From Harriotta raleighana (Eukaryota), in contig JBNZDD010013728.1 of assembly GCA_050575255.1 (NCBI GenBank), positions 3,131,694 to 3,195,693 on the forward strand: a stretch of DNA of 64,000 nt, written 5' to 3'. The notes below the pieces were generated by a model. That model made no database searches and was not told the DNA's origin. It was given only the letters and a program-made list of their open reading frames with translations. Shown here piece by piece: positions 1-12,055 of this stretch. Both the position numbers and the translations under genes were made by a program. Positions within the stretch are counted from its first letter, which is position 1; the number at the start of each line of letters is the position of its first letter.

Positions 1-80
1 AGGATAGTAGGTTGGAGAGGTAGGAGGGAGCAAGGCCGTGAATGGCCTTGTAGGTAAGGATGAGGATCTTGAATTCTATC
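1..80 (-). mobile_element. L2 LINE fragment (L2b, ORF2 C-terminal region), cut by the window start
   Basis: GCAAGGCCGTGAATGGCCTTG...GATGAGGATCTTGAATT matches the L2b copies at 37561-37607 and 5070-5118. Confidence 0.7.
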
Positions 81-84
81 CCGC

Positions 85-192
85 TATGGTCACGTTCCAC
101 TTATTCCCCTCCTCTGTTTGGTCTCAAGTCCAGTCGCTGTGAAGTGCTTTGAGACTTTATCAGGGACTCTATATAAAAGCAAGTTGTTGTTG
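85..192 (+). mobile_element. L2a 3' end
   Basis: CTGTGAAGTGCTTTGAGAC...CTATATAAAAGCAAGTTGTTGTTG terminus with (GTT)n tail. Confidence 0.7.
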
Positions 193-347
193 TAAAATTC
201 CTGCTTACACTATAAAGTTAAGTCACGATTTGGCCCTCAATCTTCTGATCAAAAATGAGAGTGTCATTAACTAAGCCAAGCAAGCACTTGTTTCAGGTGA
301 GAATTTCTGTGAATGATCTTTGCCTTATCTTTGTAATGAAATGAATT

Positions 348-678
348 ACAACAACAGCAACAACTTGGATTTATATAATGCCAGACGGTGTTTCAGAGTG
401 CTTCACAATAACGGATCACGGAACCATGCAGGGTGAGGTGGAAAAAGGTGACCAAAAGCATGGTTGAAAGGAAAGATCTTTAGCCATGACCTGAAAATAG
501 GAAAATACGGGCGAGGCAAAGGGAGTGAGGAAGGCAGTTTCAAAGCCTCAGGGCGTAGTGGCTGAAGGCACGGGTGCCGATGGTGGAATGGAGGATTTGG
601 GGAACAAGGAGGAGGCCCGACCAAGGAGAGCGAAGGCAACGGGTACTGTGTGAGGAGAGGATGTGGGGGAGGACGGAT
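348..678 (-). mobile_element. L2a 5'-truncated copy
   Basis: (CAA)n tail at the left end. The body is near-collinear with 28046-28330 and 40028-40320 and encodes a decayed L2 ORF2 C-terminus (FPIFRSWLKIF). Confidence 0.85.
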
Positions 679-2574
679 TGTTGTTGAAATTAATTATATT
701 TATACCCAATTCTCAATGTTTATCATTCTTCTAATCAATTGTATATTGTTAAGCAATGGGTGTCGAATTATTTTTAGGACTATTTTACCATTGCAAAGGC
801 ATTATTCAAATACTGTAATTACATATAAAGTACCCTGGACACTAATAGGGCAATAATTCACATTTACAGTATAGACAATTCTCCAGATTTTTCATCTACG
901 GAAAGTGCTCCTTGATCCCTTCATACGACAGAGCTTAGAATGTCTCGTCTCAGCTCCACAGCCTACGAACAGAAGCATGAAATGCAATGCTGCACTGCTG
1001 GCAGCTGTCACTTGGGAAAATTGAGAAGACTTGCCCGGTTTATTGGTAGAGATTATAATAATCACAAAACAATGGCCTCGAGACATTCTTGGTAATTGAT
1101 ACTCCGTCGCATATTATGAGAACTAGCACAACACAGTGGAGGGCAGCAAGGATAGTTTCCAGCTAGACCTGGGATTTGTAGAGATTTGTAGAATTATTGA
1201 GAAAAATACTAATAAAGCCTGGTTAAAAAATGGGCCACAGAACAGTAGCTGTAAAAGGAAAGCAGCGGAAACAGGATGGTGGGACCAGAGAGATGTTGTC
1301 ACAGAGATGCAACAGCAGAGAGCAATGGAGTGAAGCAAATAACAAAACAAAAGAGGTGGATAATAAATGTCACCCACAGAAGTCTCCCTCCAGAACATAA
1401 TGTGTCAGAAACGTTTCCAGTCTTGCTTATGTCCTGCCAGGATGTAGCACACATTTGGAGATTGTCCGGTAGCATTTTAAACGTGCTCCAATGGAAATGC
1501 ATAGTACTGTACTCTTCCCCAACCAACTCTCAAAGCTCTGTGTCATTGTTCATTGAATGTTAAACCGGCAATTTCACTCAGAGGGGCCGACAAGGATATT
1601 GTTGGAGGTTACATCCTTTGGTCCCTGTTCAGGTGGGCCTTAAATCCCGCAGCAATATTCAAAAAGTTTGTCTACCAAATACACAATAACTGCCCTTAAT
1701 AGAAAAACTCTGTGGAGGGCTACGAGATATGTTGACATGATAGGCGCTACATCAAATGTAAGGACTTTTTTTGCTTTTAAATTTATATTACATCTGAATT
1801 AACCAATGCAACAGGTCAATTGCAATATAAATAGTAATAATAGCTTATGCCTATAAAAGATCTAAATCGCTGTGCATTTCATGCTGCACAGCAATCTAGG
1901 AAATGCTAAAACTGAACGCCACCACTATCTGTATTTAAGATTCCAGATACACTGGAGGAAGTGGTAAAACATTTTTCACAGCAAAGCAGACTTCACCCTT
2001 ACCTTTACATCAAAAAAACAGGATGCGGTGAAGATACCTGCGTGATAGGTTTATTTGTGAAAACGAACCGGTCTTTTAAAGCCTAGCTGACTTCCTGAAA
2101 TAAAGAAGCTGTTTAATATTGCCGAAAACTATGTCCTGAAACTAAGTTTGAATTGCTTAGTTTTGTAAGACTTTTGCCTCTAGGTCAAAGGATTGTGGCT
2201 TCAAGCCCCAACTTAGGCCTTGAGGTCTTAATCTAAGATCACACTCTTGTACAGAGGTTGGTATCCTGCAAATAGAGCTGACAAGAATGACTCAGAAACA
2301 CTTTGAGGGCAGGAAAGGGTGGGTTCACAACCATGAGAACATGGACATATACTAGCGAGATGAAACAATAAACAAAAATCTTTTTGAGACTTCATAGAAT
2401 CCAAGACTAAGGAATGAGGTGAATTTGTGGTAAATAGGAGGGATCAGGTTTAGACTGACCTGTTGCTTAGAACCTTGGAGGTGGAGTCAGCATAATGGTG
2501 TCACATCTATTTGCAAAAAAACCTCGCAGAGAAAAAGCTTTACAGGATTTACTGTATAGTTGTAGTGACTGGGT

Positions 2575-2800
2575 ATTCTGTATGCATAAGCAGCAGCCAA
2601 TTTGTCCACTCTTAAAACCCATAAAAAGAGCCATTGTAAAGATTGACTAGTTTCATTTGTTGGCCAGGATATTGAAAGAATCCCCCTTTTATTTTCAAAT
2701 AGTGCCATGGGATCTTTAACTTCCATCTAAGCAGACAGACAGGATATTGGGTTAATGACTCATCTGAAAAACGACACCTTCGACAATCCAACGCTTCCCA
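2575..2800 (-). mobile_element. Old DeuSINE (SacSINE1/AmnSINE1-like) fragment
   Basis: Deu-domain motifs AATAGTGCCATGGGATCTTTAAC, CTCATCTGAAAAACGACACCT and GCAGCCAATTTG on the minus strand. Confidence 0.8.
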
Positions 2801-3358
2801 TGTTGATCGATAATCAAAGCAAGAACTTCTGGCAAGGTGTCTGGTACCCCTTGCTTTTAAATTCAGCTTGAAAAGGCAGTCAAAGCCTGAATTGATCTGA
2901 ACCAAGCATAAAGGAACAAGGCAACATCCAAACGAACCCAGCTCAGATTCAAAAACACAAACATCACAGCTCTTTCCCAATCCCTGTTGTCGCAGCCTGT
3001 GAAGCATTCAACATCAGCTATCGCAGCCCAACAGTGTAGTGTTGATGAAGCAGCCATACATTATTCAATAGCTAATCCGGTTTTAAGAGATTTGTGACAA
3101 TGTGCAAGCTCAGCACGAAAGTTAAATGCATTTGTGTCATTTCAAATTGCTTTGGTTGTGGGTTTGACCCACACAGCCAGAGGCTTCAATTTGCGTAACG
3201 AGTGCTGTGGATATGCTTTGTGATGTTTTGATCTTGGGTTTTCAAGAAGGAAGGTGGGCTGACATTAAGGTTGAATAAAGCGCTTCTCAGGAGAGGGGAA
3301 GCATTAGTGGTTACTCACTACTACACAAAGTGACTCACAACATAAATACTATCTCTAC

Positions 3359-3464
3359 CAGGGAACCCCATGTGTATCACGCCAACGCGTGAGACCACAG
3401 CTCTGATCCAAGATCCTCGGAGCCAAGGTTTTGCACGTTGGTGTGACGTAGATAGCTTTCCCTG
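3359..3464. repeat. Degenerate palindrome, probable old MITE or hairpin element
   Basis: CAGGGAA...TCACGCCAACG...GACC pairs with GGTTTTGCACGTTGGTGTGA...TTCCCTG. Mismatches are mostly transitions. Inner GCTCTGA/TCGGAGC also pairs. Confidence 0.55.
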
Positions 3465-4299
3465 CATGCAAGTCAATGTGCGTTAAACGTGTGGGAGAAA
3501 GGCCATGATACAGTCACAGTTAAGCATTTCTCTCAATATTGTGCACTGGTATGCAAATACAAAGCTTGGCCTAAGTGGTCAGATTGAAAGGTCAATAATT
3601 TCAGGAAGCTGCAAAATTTTAAAAAGATGGAATGTGAAATCGAGAGTGGTGAGAAGAAGCATTTTGCTCTCCGCTGTTTTTCTTGCACTTTGACAAGTTT
3701 GGGAAAACCTCAATCAGCTCTTACCAACCCATATGCGAATATTGCAAAAATACGTTGCTACTGAGAGCGTTATGGTGCTAAAATATCAGAGTGTGGGCTC
3801 CAGAGCATTGTCTTGGTGATGAAAGACGGTAGTAACGTCTGTCACTTCAAGTGCAATGTTTAACACTTATAACTGGAAATTTCATTTAGTATCGCTTTCA
3901 CTAGTGCATTTACTACAGTCACATATAGTAGTTTGATCAAAGTTCTGTGAACATTTTGGGAGGCTTTAGTTTGCATTGTGTGAAATTGCTGAAGGGACCA
4001 TCACTTATTAATTTACTGTCCTTTTCAGGGATATTTATAACTGCAGAAAAGCAGTATATGCCCGAATGTGATTTGTGCCACTGAACTTTAACCAAATCAT
4101 TTCCAACGTTTCACTCCTTCTCATCTTCTTGAAGGCGCTGATTGGTGTCAGGAAACAGCTATGATTCTTGTCATCTATCACTCTGGCATGCTGAGGCCAA
4201 CTGGAACTGACTCTCTTAACAATTCAGCTGAGTTCAGCTAAAACAGAACAGGCTACAGCATATTGAGCATGGTATTTTCATGATAGGTATGAATTCTAT

Positions 4300-4490
4300 G
4301 TCCCTCGTTCCTTCTGCTCCATCATCAGCGGCTGTGTTTCCAGCTATTATGCCCCATAACTCTGGAACTCTCCATCTCAATCCCTTTTGCTTGTATCCTC
4401 CTTGCCTTCAGATCGCATTTGAAGATTTTTCTCTTCAACTGTGCCTATAGTCACCTCCTCTCTCTCCCAACTCGGTGTCAAACTCGTCAC
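4300..4490 (+). mobile_element. Decayed L2a fragment
   Basis: TCCATCATCAGCGGCTGTGTTTCCAGCTATTATGCCCC...CTCTGGAACTCTC is homologous to the other L2a copies. Confidence 0.65.
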
Positions 4491-4590
4491 TATTGAGCGC
4501 AAAACGGCAGAACCTGCACGTTGTTGGATTAGGAATGTGCCCTTGAGTCTTTTAACTGAGCATTTACAAATTGGAAGTTTTAACTGTTTA

Positions 4591-5392
4591 AACAAAACAA
4601 CAACAAAATTACATTTATAGAGTGCTTTTCACGTCGGAAGGACGTCCCAAGGCACTGAATTACATCTAGAGGATGATGAGGTGATTGGAGCAGAGGTAAC
4701 AACAACAAAATTACACTTGGAAAGTGCTTTTCACGTCAGGAGGATGTCCCAAGGAGCTGGACAGTCAATGTTTCAGACTCAATCTGGGTTCGGGGACAAG
4801 GAAGATGGAGGGAAAGATGGGGATTTGAGGTGACTGATGGGACCATCGAAGAAGAGGGTCTTGAAGCGGGATGTGAAAGAGGCTAGGGAGAGGACGAGGT
4901 GGAGGGATTGCGGGATGGAATTGCAGAGGTAAGGGGCAGAGTGGCTGAAGGCTCGCCCACCAATGCTGGGACAGGTGAGTCAGAGGACATGGAGCATGCC
5001 GGAGCCTGCTGAGCTGAGAGGACAGGCAGGTTGGCAGGGGGTTAGGAGCTCACACAGAGGTAGGATGGAGCGAGGCCATGGAGGGCATTGAATGTGAGGA
5101 CCAGGATCTTGAATTGAATCCTCTTGAGTGATGGGGAGCCAATGGAGTTGCGCGAGAATGTGGGAGATGGGATCAGAAAGCTTTGACAGTTGAGGGCATG
5201 GGCCAGAGTTCTGGATTATCTGCAGCCTATGGAGGGAGGAACTGGGAAGGCTGACAAGCAGGGCGTTGGCGTAGTCATGCCTGGATGTGATGAAGGCATG
5301 AATGAGGGTTTCACCACCCTGAGAGGTGAGGTAATGGAGGAGTCAGGCAATAGTGAGTGAATGCAGAACAGGTCATGGCTTGGATTTGGGGG
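4591..5392 (-). mobile_element. Two tandem L2b copies: a short 3' end (4591-4660) and a ~700 bp copy (4698-5392)
   Basis: Two ACAACAACAAAATTACA..TGCTTTTCACGTC termini. The body encodes a decayed ORF2 C-terminus (LIHAFITSRHDYANALL). Confidence 0.85.
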
Positions 5393-5919
5393 CGGAAGTG
5401 TGCCCTAGAAATGAGCCATTTAATTGAATTAACTCTCTTGCTCACTCCCCATGATTATCCTCTTTTGCGAACATCTACAAAAATGGGCAAAATATGCCTT
5501 TTATTTTCCAATACCAACACGTCACAAATTAACCACTTGAAATGCAAAAACACCCCCTCTTACACATGTGCCAAATTAGGGTTCATATCTCTTTTGCCTC
5601 TTCCCCCAATCTCCTGGTATCTTCTACCTTCTTTCCTGATCTCAAACGCATGCATCAGCTGTTGTTCCTAGAATTTCATCACTTGGGCCCTGCCCAATTT
5701 ACAACCAAATAGTCTGGAGAATCAATATTGAAAACCAGCATTTCAGCACAAACATCACATCACCACAGATCAATGATCCACATATACTGCACAATGCATT
5801 AGAAATCTAAAATATAGGTTTGCATTTCATTCAACTGTACCCCCAATAACTAGGACTACTACATTTCCCAAACTGTATTTATATTCACCAATCCCATGCA
5901 TTTCATTCAGTTCTGGTCA

Positions 5920-6250
5920 ACTTCATGTCTCCACCAACAGTGGAGTGGCCTTTTCGCCATTCTATCCTCACTCCCTGGAACTCTATTCACCTTTCCACCT
6001 TTCTATCACAAACACCTGTGATCTGCTCCCAGAATTTCATCACTTGGGGAAGTCCCTCCACTTCTCCTCCTACCGCCCACTTTTCAAGTAACCTTAAGAG
6101 TTACCTCTTTGACCACACTTTCCATCACTTTTTCCCCATCGCCCCATCCCTAACCTCCTTGATACTCCCTCCACCCAAGCTCCAATACCACCCAGAGTGA
6201 AGCATTTTGCTTCATGTCTACGTGATGTGAAATACCAATATAAATACATA
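5920..6250 (+). mobile_element. Decayed L2 3' fragment
   Basis: CCCTGGAACTC..., CTTAAGAGTTACCTCTTTGACCAC (LKSYLFDH) and GTGAAGCATTTTG...GTGAAATACCAATATAAATAC. Confidence 0.6.
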
Positions 6251-6263
6251 GAACATAGTATAT

Positions 6264-6473
6264 GAACACTCAGTTGGTCATGCAACACCTATGGAGAAAC
6301 GAAAAGTGAGTCAACGTTTTGGGTCCAGAATCCTTCGTCAGAACACAGTTCATGGACCCAAAATGTTGACTCACTTTTCCTTTCTCCATAGATGCTACCT
6401 GATCTGCTGAGTGTTCCCAGTGGTTTCTGTTTTTGTTTCCGATTTCCAGCATCTGCAGTATTTTGCGTTTTCG
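6264..6473. mobile_element. Penelope-type palindromic element, decayed hammerhead motifs
   Basis: Inverted arms GAACACTCAG...GAGTCAACGTTTTGGGTCCA / TGGACCCAAAATGTTGACTC...CTGAGTGTTC. Homologous to 22300-22523. Confidence 0.8.
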
Positions 6474-6902
6474 TACATTAGTGTATATTCTCTAACAACT
6501 GAACTCCTTTATAACAATAAAATACCACCACTCACATAATTTCCTTGATGGTGGGGCAGCTGTAACTAACAACTGAACAACTACAGGGTGACCAAAACAT
6601 TGTGTTACCATTTCTAATAAAGTAGATAACTATCTGTATAATATTTTCCATATAACAGACTTTTCATCTTGTGTTTATGTTAAGATGGACAAGCATTTCA
6701 AAGGCTCTTCACTGCAGAAATTCACAGGTTTGTAGCAATCTCACAACCATTTAAATCATGCAACAAATGCATTTTGTTTTTTTAAAGTATTTTGTGTAGA
6801 GCTTCCTCCTCGATCTGTGGCAATGAGCAATTACAACAACAACAAATTGCATTCGGGATGACATCCCAAGGTGCTGGACAGGTCAAAGGCTTGCACATTG
6901 TA

Positions 6903-7020
6903 AAGGACCTGGGTTCATTCTATGGTCTGTGCTGAGTTAGCCCATCTCTGCTTGGGTAGAGACAGCTGAACAATTGGTCATAGCAGCCCAAGTGGAATTC
7001 TATTAACTGGTAATCCTGCA
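6903..7020 (+). mobile_element. Old tRNA-headed SINE (unnamed here, 'family C') fragment
   Basis: B-box-like CCTGGGTTCATTCT followed by GGTCTGTGCTGAGTTAGC, shared with 47720-47760 (+) and 49655-49710 (-). Confidence 0.55.
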
Positions 7021-9523
7021 TCAAAGGCCTGAGGTTTTCCACGCTCTTAGACTTAAGGTTATTGTCCTTCATTTATTGAAGTCTATCTTAATTTGGAAGC
7101 AGGCTTGACACCGTTTTTTAGGGAAACTCCAAATCAGGACTGAATTGAAGAATTTGATAAGTTTCTGCTGACACTTAAATTCTAGGACTATGTTCTTAAG
7201 CCATGTGAAATTTCAGGTCTCTGGTACCGGTGCTACTGAAACAAAGTTTGTGTGTGGCCATTTAGTGCGGAGAGCATTGTATTATTAATAATGATAATCC
7301 TTCATTTGATATAGGGAATTATCACGTTGACTCATCTCAAAGTACTACACAAAATACATTGTAGCAAAAGTGTAGTGCCCTATATCAAGTCTGGGACTGG
7401 TGGTGGGGAGGAAGAGGTTATTTTGTTTGCGTTTCTAAATTCACCAATTTGTTGATTCAACCTAGATTGTCTGTCCCTGTGAGTACGTAAACAGCCTCTG
7501 CACATCTCAACGTGTTGAAATTCATGGTTTTGGCCCCATGACCTACCACCGACTCCATTTTAATCAACTACTATCAAATGTATTAAGTTTACATCACAAA
7601 ATATTATGAAATCCTAAAATGCATCAAGAAATAAGCAAGATCAGCTATCTTTATGAACTCATAAAATGTTAGGAATGGGCCCGTGCAATCTCACTTATAC
7701 CCCAGCAGACAAGTGTTATAACAAGAAAAGCTAAGTCTTATATGATTCAGCGCAATAACTTCACAGACATTCTTAACTGAGTAAAGTAAGCTCCCTGGCC
7801 AAGTACTATAAATGCTAATGTACACTACTCCTGGCAATGGTTAATCAGTCCACCCTAGAACTGGATACAGTGCTTTTCTGCATCACTCTGCATCATCCTG
7901 AAGTGCATCATCCATTTAACTGAAAGTCCCATCATTGCTCTGTCTGTACTGTGCTGATTAATGAAATGACACTGCAAAATCCTTTACCTCGTTGAAGGGC
8001 ATCTCCTTTTTGGTGAGCTCAGCGCCAATAACAATCATTTCCTTTTTGATCTTATATTATGTTACCCTTCCCACAAGTTTTGGAATCCTTATTACCACAG
8101 TATCATTTTGGAAGCTGTTTGTCAGTTTTTAAGCTGAAGTTCAGTTTTAATAAGTGCCCCGACTTCTACTGCTTAACATCCTTCTGAAAAAGGGAATGGA
8201 GGACACTGATCAAATCCACCCATGCACTCATCCTGAAACAGACTGACACCAAGGAGGAGAGGACATCAATAAACTAGAGACATGACAGACACAGTCAAAG
8301 AATTCCCAGGGATGAACGTCGAGGATTCACACATTCAGAGCAATCCTTACCCACCTTTGAAGCCCCCTGCCTATTGTCTCCACTATGTCTCTTTCACCTA
8401 TCCCCCACCCCAATACCTTCTCCCAACCGCCGGTAGCCGATTTGATTACACTAAAATGCAAGTATATTGGATTATTAACTGCTAATTTTCATTATTAGTA
8501 ACAATCAGTAAGGCAAGTCAAAGTTAAACTGTACAAACAATGAGAACTCATTCATACCCTTTATCTCACTCCAACTGCTTGCTTCATGTTTAATGTAAAA
8601 GTATTTTTTTCTGGAACAAAATTATGATGCAACGATGACTTTCACGTTCAGTTAGGACTCAGTAAATAGAATGACAACTTGCATTTACATAGACCCTTTC
8701 AACAACAACAACTTGCATTTATATAGCACCCTTCACACAGGGTAGCGGCCCAGAGCGCTTTCAAGCAGGATGGATCCACGGATCCGTATGTTATTTCACT
8801 TCTCTTTTGCAATGACAAAGCACCACAAGATGTACTGACTGGTAAGCAATATCAGCCCAATAGTAAAGCAGCTGGGAGTCCCGTCTCTCACCTAAAAGGT
8901 CACGAGTTGTGCGTCAAGTCAGCTTGTTTGCCATAAGCTAGTGAGTAACGCTGTCAGCTGTCAACAGTGGTTAGTGCAAAGCCTCATTTGGAAGCGAGGA
9001 ACTCCTGCATTCAAGAGGAATTAAAAACTTAAAAACATCCGGCTTCTTCTCTCCTTGGATTGCGACCCTCACACAAAGGTTGTGGACCAATGTTGATAGA
9101 GATCATCCCATTTTCTCAGTTAATTGTGTGTGAAAGAAGAAAGTCATTAATGCAGAGGAGCTTGGGCAATGGTGTATTTCAGGTTGGAGGAGGGTTTTAT
9201 CCACTCTGCTTGTCTCTCCTCTTCTGAAGATACTGACTTGTGATGGACACGGGTTGCTCTCCAGTACATCCCAAAAGTACCTGGTCTGCATAAATGGGCC
9301 AGATATTGAGCAACATAGGAATTGAATATGGGAGAAATCTGTGCTGAGACCAATCCTGTCATCACCCACACACCTTCCAACAGGAAGGCAATGGCAGTGA
9401 TGAGGAGCAGGTCTCGTTGTCTTTATCTTTCATAACTTGGTAACAATAACAACTTACATTTGGAGACGAAGAAGACATAAGGCGAAATTCTGCTGCATTA
9501 CTAACAAATAATGACGCACATGT

Positions 9524-9810
9524 ATAATAATCCTTGCATTTAATATAGCGCTTTTCACATCCTCTAGAGATTTCAAAGTGCTTCACTGCTAAGTGAATTG
9601 ACTGTATATATTTGTGCGTGAAAAGCAGCAGCCAATTGTGCACAAAAAGTCATGGATTCAAGTGACAAATTTTATTATTGTTTTTTTTCTTGTGGATTAT
9701 TACCAGGTGGTGGTGTAAAGAAGCTTGCCCAAGGATTCACTGTGCCGGGAATCTAACCCCGGTTTCTCGCCTGTGAGCCGAGTGTACTAACCACTGAGTT
9801 TCCAAACTCC
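9524..9810 (-). mobile_element. Young tRNA-derived SINE, full length
   Basis: (AAT)n tail, CCTTGCATTT..ATAGCGCTTTTCAC terminus, GCAGCCAATTGTGCAC core, tRNA-like head. Confidence 0.85.
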
Positions 9811-9944
9811 TGCACTTCATCTACACAAGTGAAATTTGCAAAGTTTAATTTCCAACACAATCTTTGTGAATTAACTCAAAGTGTACAGAATATCACTGTC
9901 ATCCGGCATAATAGCTAACATTGCAATTTCCCCCCATTGTAATA

Positions 9945-10200
9945 GGCTGTGTATTTGCAGCTAAATGCCACAGCCAATATGAACACATCTCAAGTCGCTG
10001 GAGTTGAATGAGCAATTTGTTTTTAATTTGTTGGGGTTCTTGGCCAGAATACCAGGAGGAGAAAAGCTCTCTTCTCTTTTTGGAATAATGTCACAGGATC
10101 TTTAACATCCAACTGAACAGCACAGATGGGACCTCGGTTTAACGTCTCATCTGAAGTAATGGCAACTCTGACAAAGCTTTGCTCCCTCTACTACTGCTTT
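9945..10200 (-). mobile_element. Old DeuSINE fragment
   Basis: GGATCTTTAACATCCA..ACAGATGGGACCTCGGTTTAACGTCTCATCTGAA Deu motif. Confidence 0.8.
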
Positions 10201-10221
10201 GGATTTTTCAAGTTATGAAGA

Positions 10222-10553
10222 AAATAATAACAATATTCCTTGCATTTGATTTAGCACTTTTCAAGTCTTCCAGACGTCTCAAAGCACTTCACAGTATATA
10301 CTGTACTGTAATTGACTATATTTGTGGGCAAAATATGGCAGCCAATTGCGCACAGCAGTGTCCCACAAACAGTCATGGATTGAAATGACCTATTTTTTAT
10401 AGGGTTGGTTTATAAAAAAAATTTTTTTTTTGTATTATTAATAGGCATGTGGAGTAAGGAAACTTGCCCAAGGTTTCACTCTGACCTGCCTGGATTCGAA
10501 ACACAGGTCTCACACTTGTAAGTGAGTGCTCTAACCACTGAGCTACAGGACTC
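10222..10553 (-). mobile_element. Young tRNA-derived SINE, full length
   Basis: Minus-strand head GAGTCCTGTAGCTCAGTGGTTAGAGCAC (A box) and GTTTCGAATCC (B box), truncated Deu core, (ATT)n tail. Confidence 0.9.
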
Positions 10554-11769
10554 TCTGTTCAGCACTTGGAGAATTAAAATAATAACTGGAGGTTGTTTGA
10601 TAAATCTGGAGACTACATGATGCTGCTCGTTCCATGTAAAATTCTAATACGTCACATTTAAAATTTAGATTCTGCAGCTAATCTTACAAAAGCATTTATT
10701 TTTATAACGGATAGGATCACAATTCATTGGAGTGTAACTCTTTGAAAAGCTTACAACTACGCTCTTCTCTCGCTGATTACAAATACACATCCTTCCTTCC
10801 TCTGCCCCAATAACAGATCAATGAGAGCTCATCTAAAAATTAATTAAAACCACTCAATCCAAGGTGTCACCCATTTATTAAATAAATTCTTACAGCGTAG
10901 AATCTTTATTGTTAATTTACGAAACACTTTCTTTTCATTTGTCAGTTCTTTTACAGTACCTCAAATCTGTCCCATTAAGGCTGGAGAAGAAATGATACTC
11001 CTTACTCTATGGTTTACACAAGCTCTTTTCAATTCGTTATCAGATGAATAGACCAATAATGCACATAAATGTCAGCAGATAGCATCAGCAGTTAGAGATA
11101 ATGGCTATCTCTTTAGTATTTCCAGGAAAGATAGTGACATGTACCAGCAGATAGAGGCTACATTAGAAGGGCCTTCTGTCCTACTGGCACCACAAATAGA
11201 ACTGGGCTCAGATCAGTACAACTGACTCATCAGTTCGCAGATCAGCCCCTTCACAGAGTACCAACCAATGTCATTGAGTTCACGATGCCTCGATTAAGGT
11301 CGTACATCCTTGAAGAGACACGACTCATGAATTTTTACTTTGCACAAGTTACTTTGGCGTAAAGGTAAGATCTGCTGCTAAATATTGTCCCTGGGTCTGC
11401 AGACACGACTGTGAAGCACACTCAGTCGAGGTTAATACAGCACATATGACTGCAGTGTATACTCCAGAGTCTGCCCTGTACTATTCCATTATTTTCACTC
11501 TACAGATTACTAGCTGTTTGCACAACGTTGCTGTGTGAAAACTGGCTGCCACTTTTGCCTTTAAATGCTACATGAGCAATAGCAATAAATCCTGTGAAGC
11601 AATTTGAGATATCCTTCTGATGTGAAAGGTGCTGCATTAATATTATTTCTACAAACTAACATCTCCGTGCAATGCATTTCTGAACTTTGTGAATGGTTTG
11701 AATATTTATAGCACCATGTAAAACGATAACAAGTTTTGAATTGCTTATTTAGCGAAAAGAAGGTCTCAA

Positions 11770-12055
11770 AGAATGTTACAACACAGAATTAGTCCATTTA
11801 GTCCATCAAGTCTGTTTCCCGTTTTTCTCTGTGTTGCGGTTTTTCTCTACCTAGTCTACCTGCTTGCCCTTTACTATCACTACTTTTCCAAGTACTTATC
11901 AAAGTGATGGACTCTGCTTTAACTGTAGTTTGTGGCATAAACTGCCAAACTCTTTTCACCCTCCGTGTGAATAAAATATTTCTAACTATGCCTTTAATTC
12001 TTTTTGTGAATATAATAAATTTGTGTCCTCTTGATACTGGCCATCCCAACAGATG
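11770..12055 (-). mobile_element. Decayed CR1 3' fragment
   Basis: Translation GHKF...VRNILFTRRVKRVWQFMPQTTVKAESI matches the CR1 ORF2 C-terminus (RNFFTQRVVRxWNxLP..VEA). Confidence 0.75.

Noticed and set aside
7989-8051. Minus-strand micro-exon IKKEMIVIGAELTKKEMPFNE with donor GAG|GTAAAG
   Set aside because: No pyrimidine tract at the acceptor and no recognised homology, so likely chance.
11258-11364. Plus-strand exon candidate ending AAG|GTAAG
   Set aside because: Stops in all three frames and no other support.
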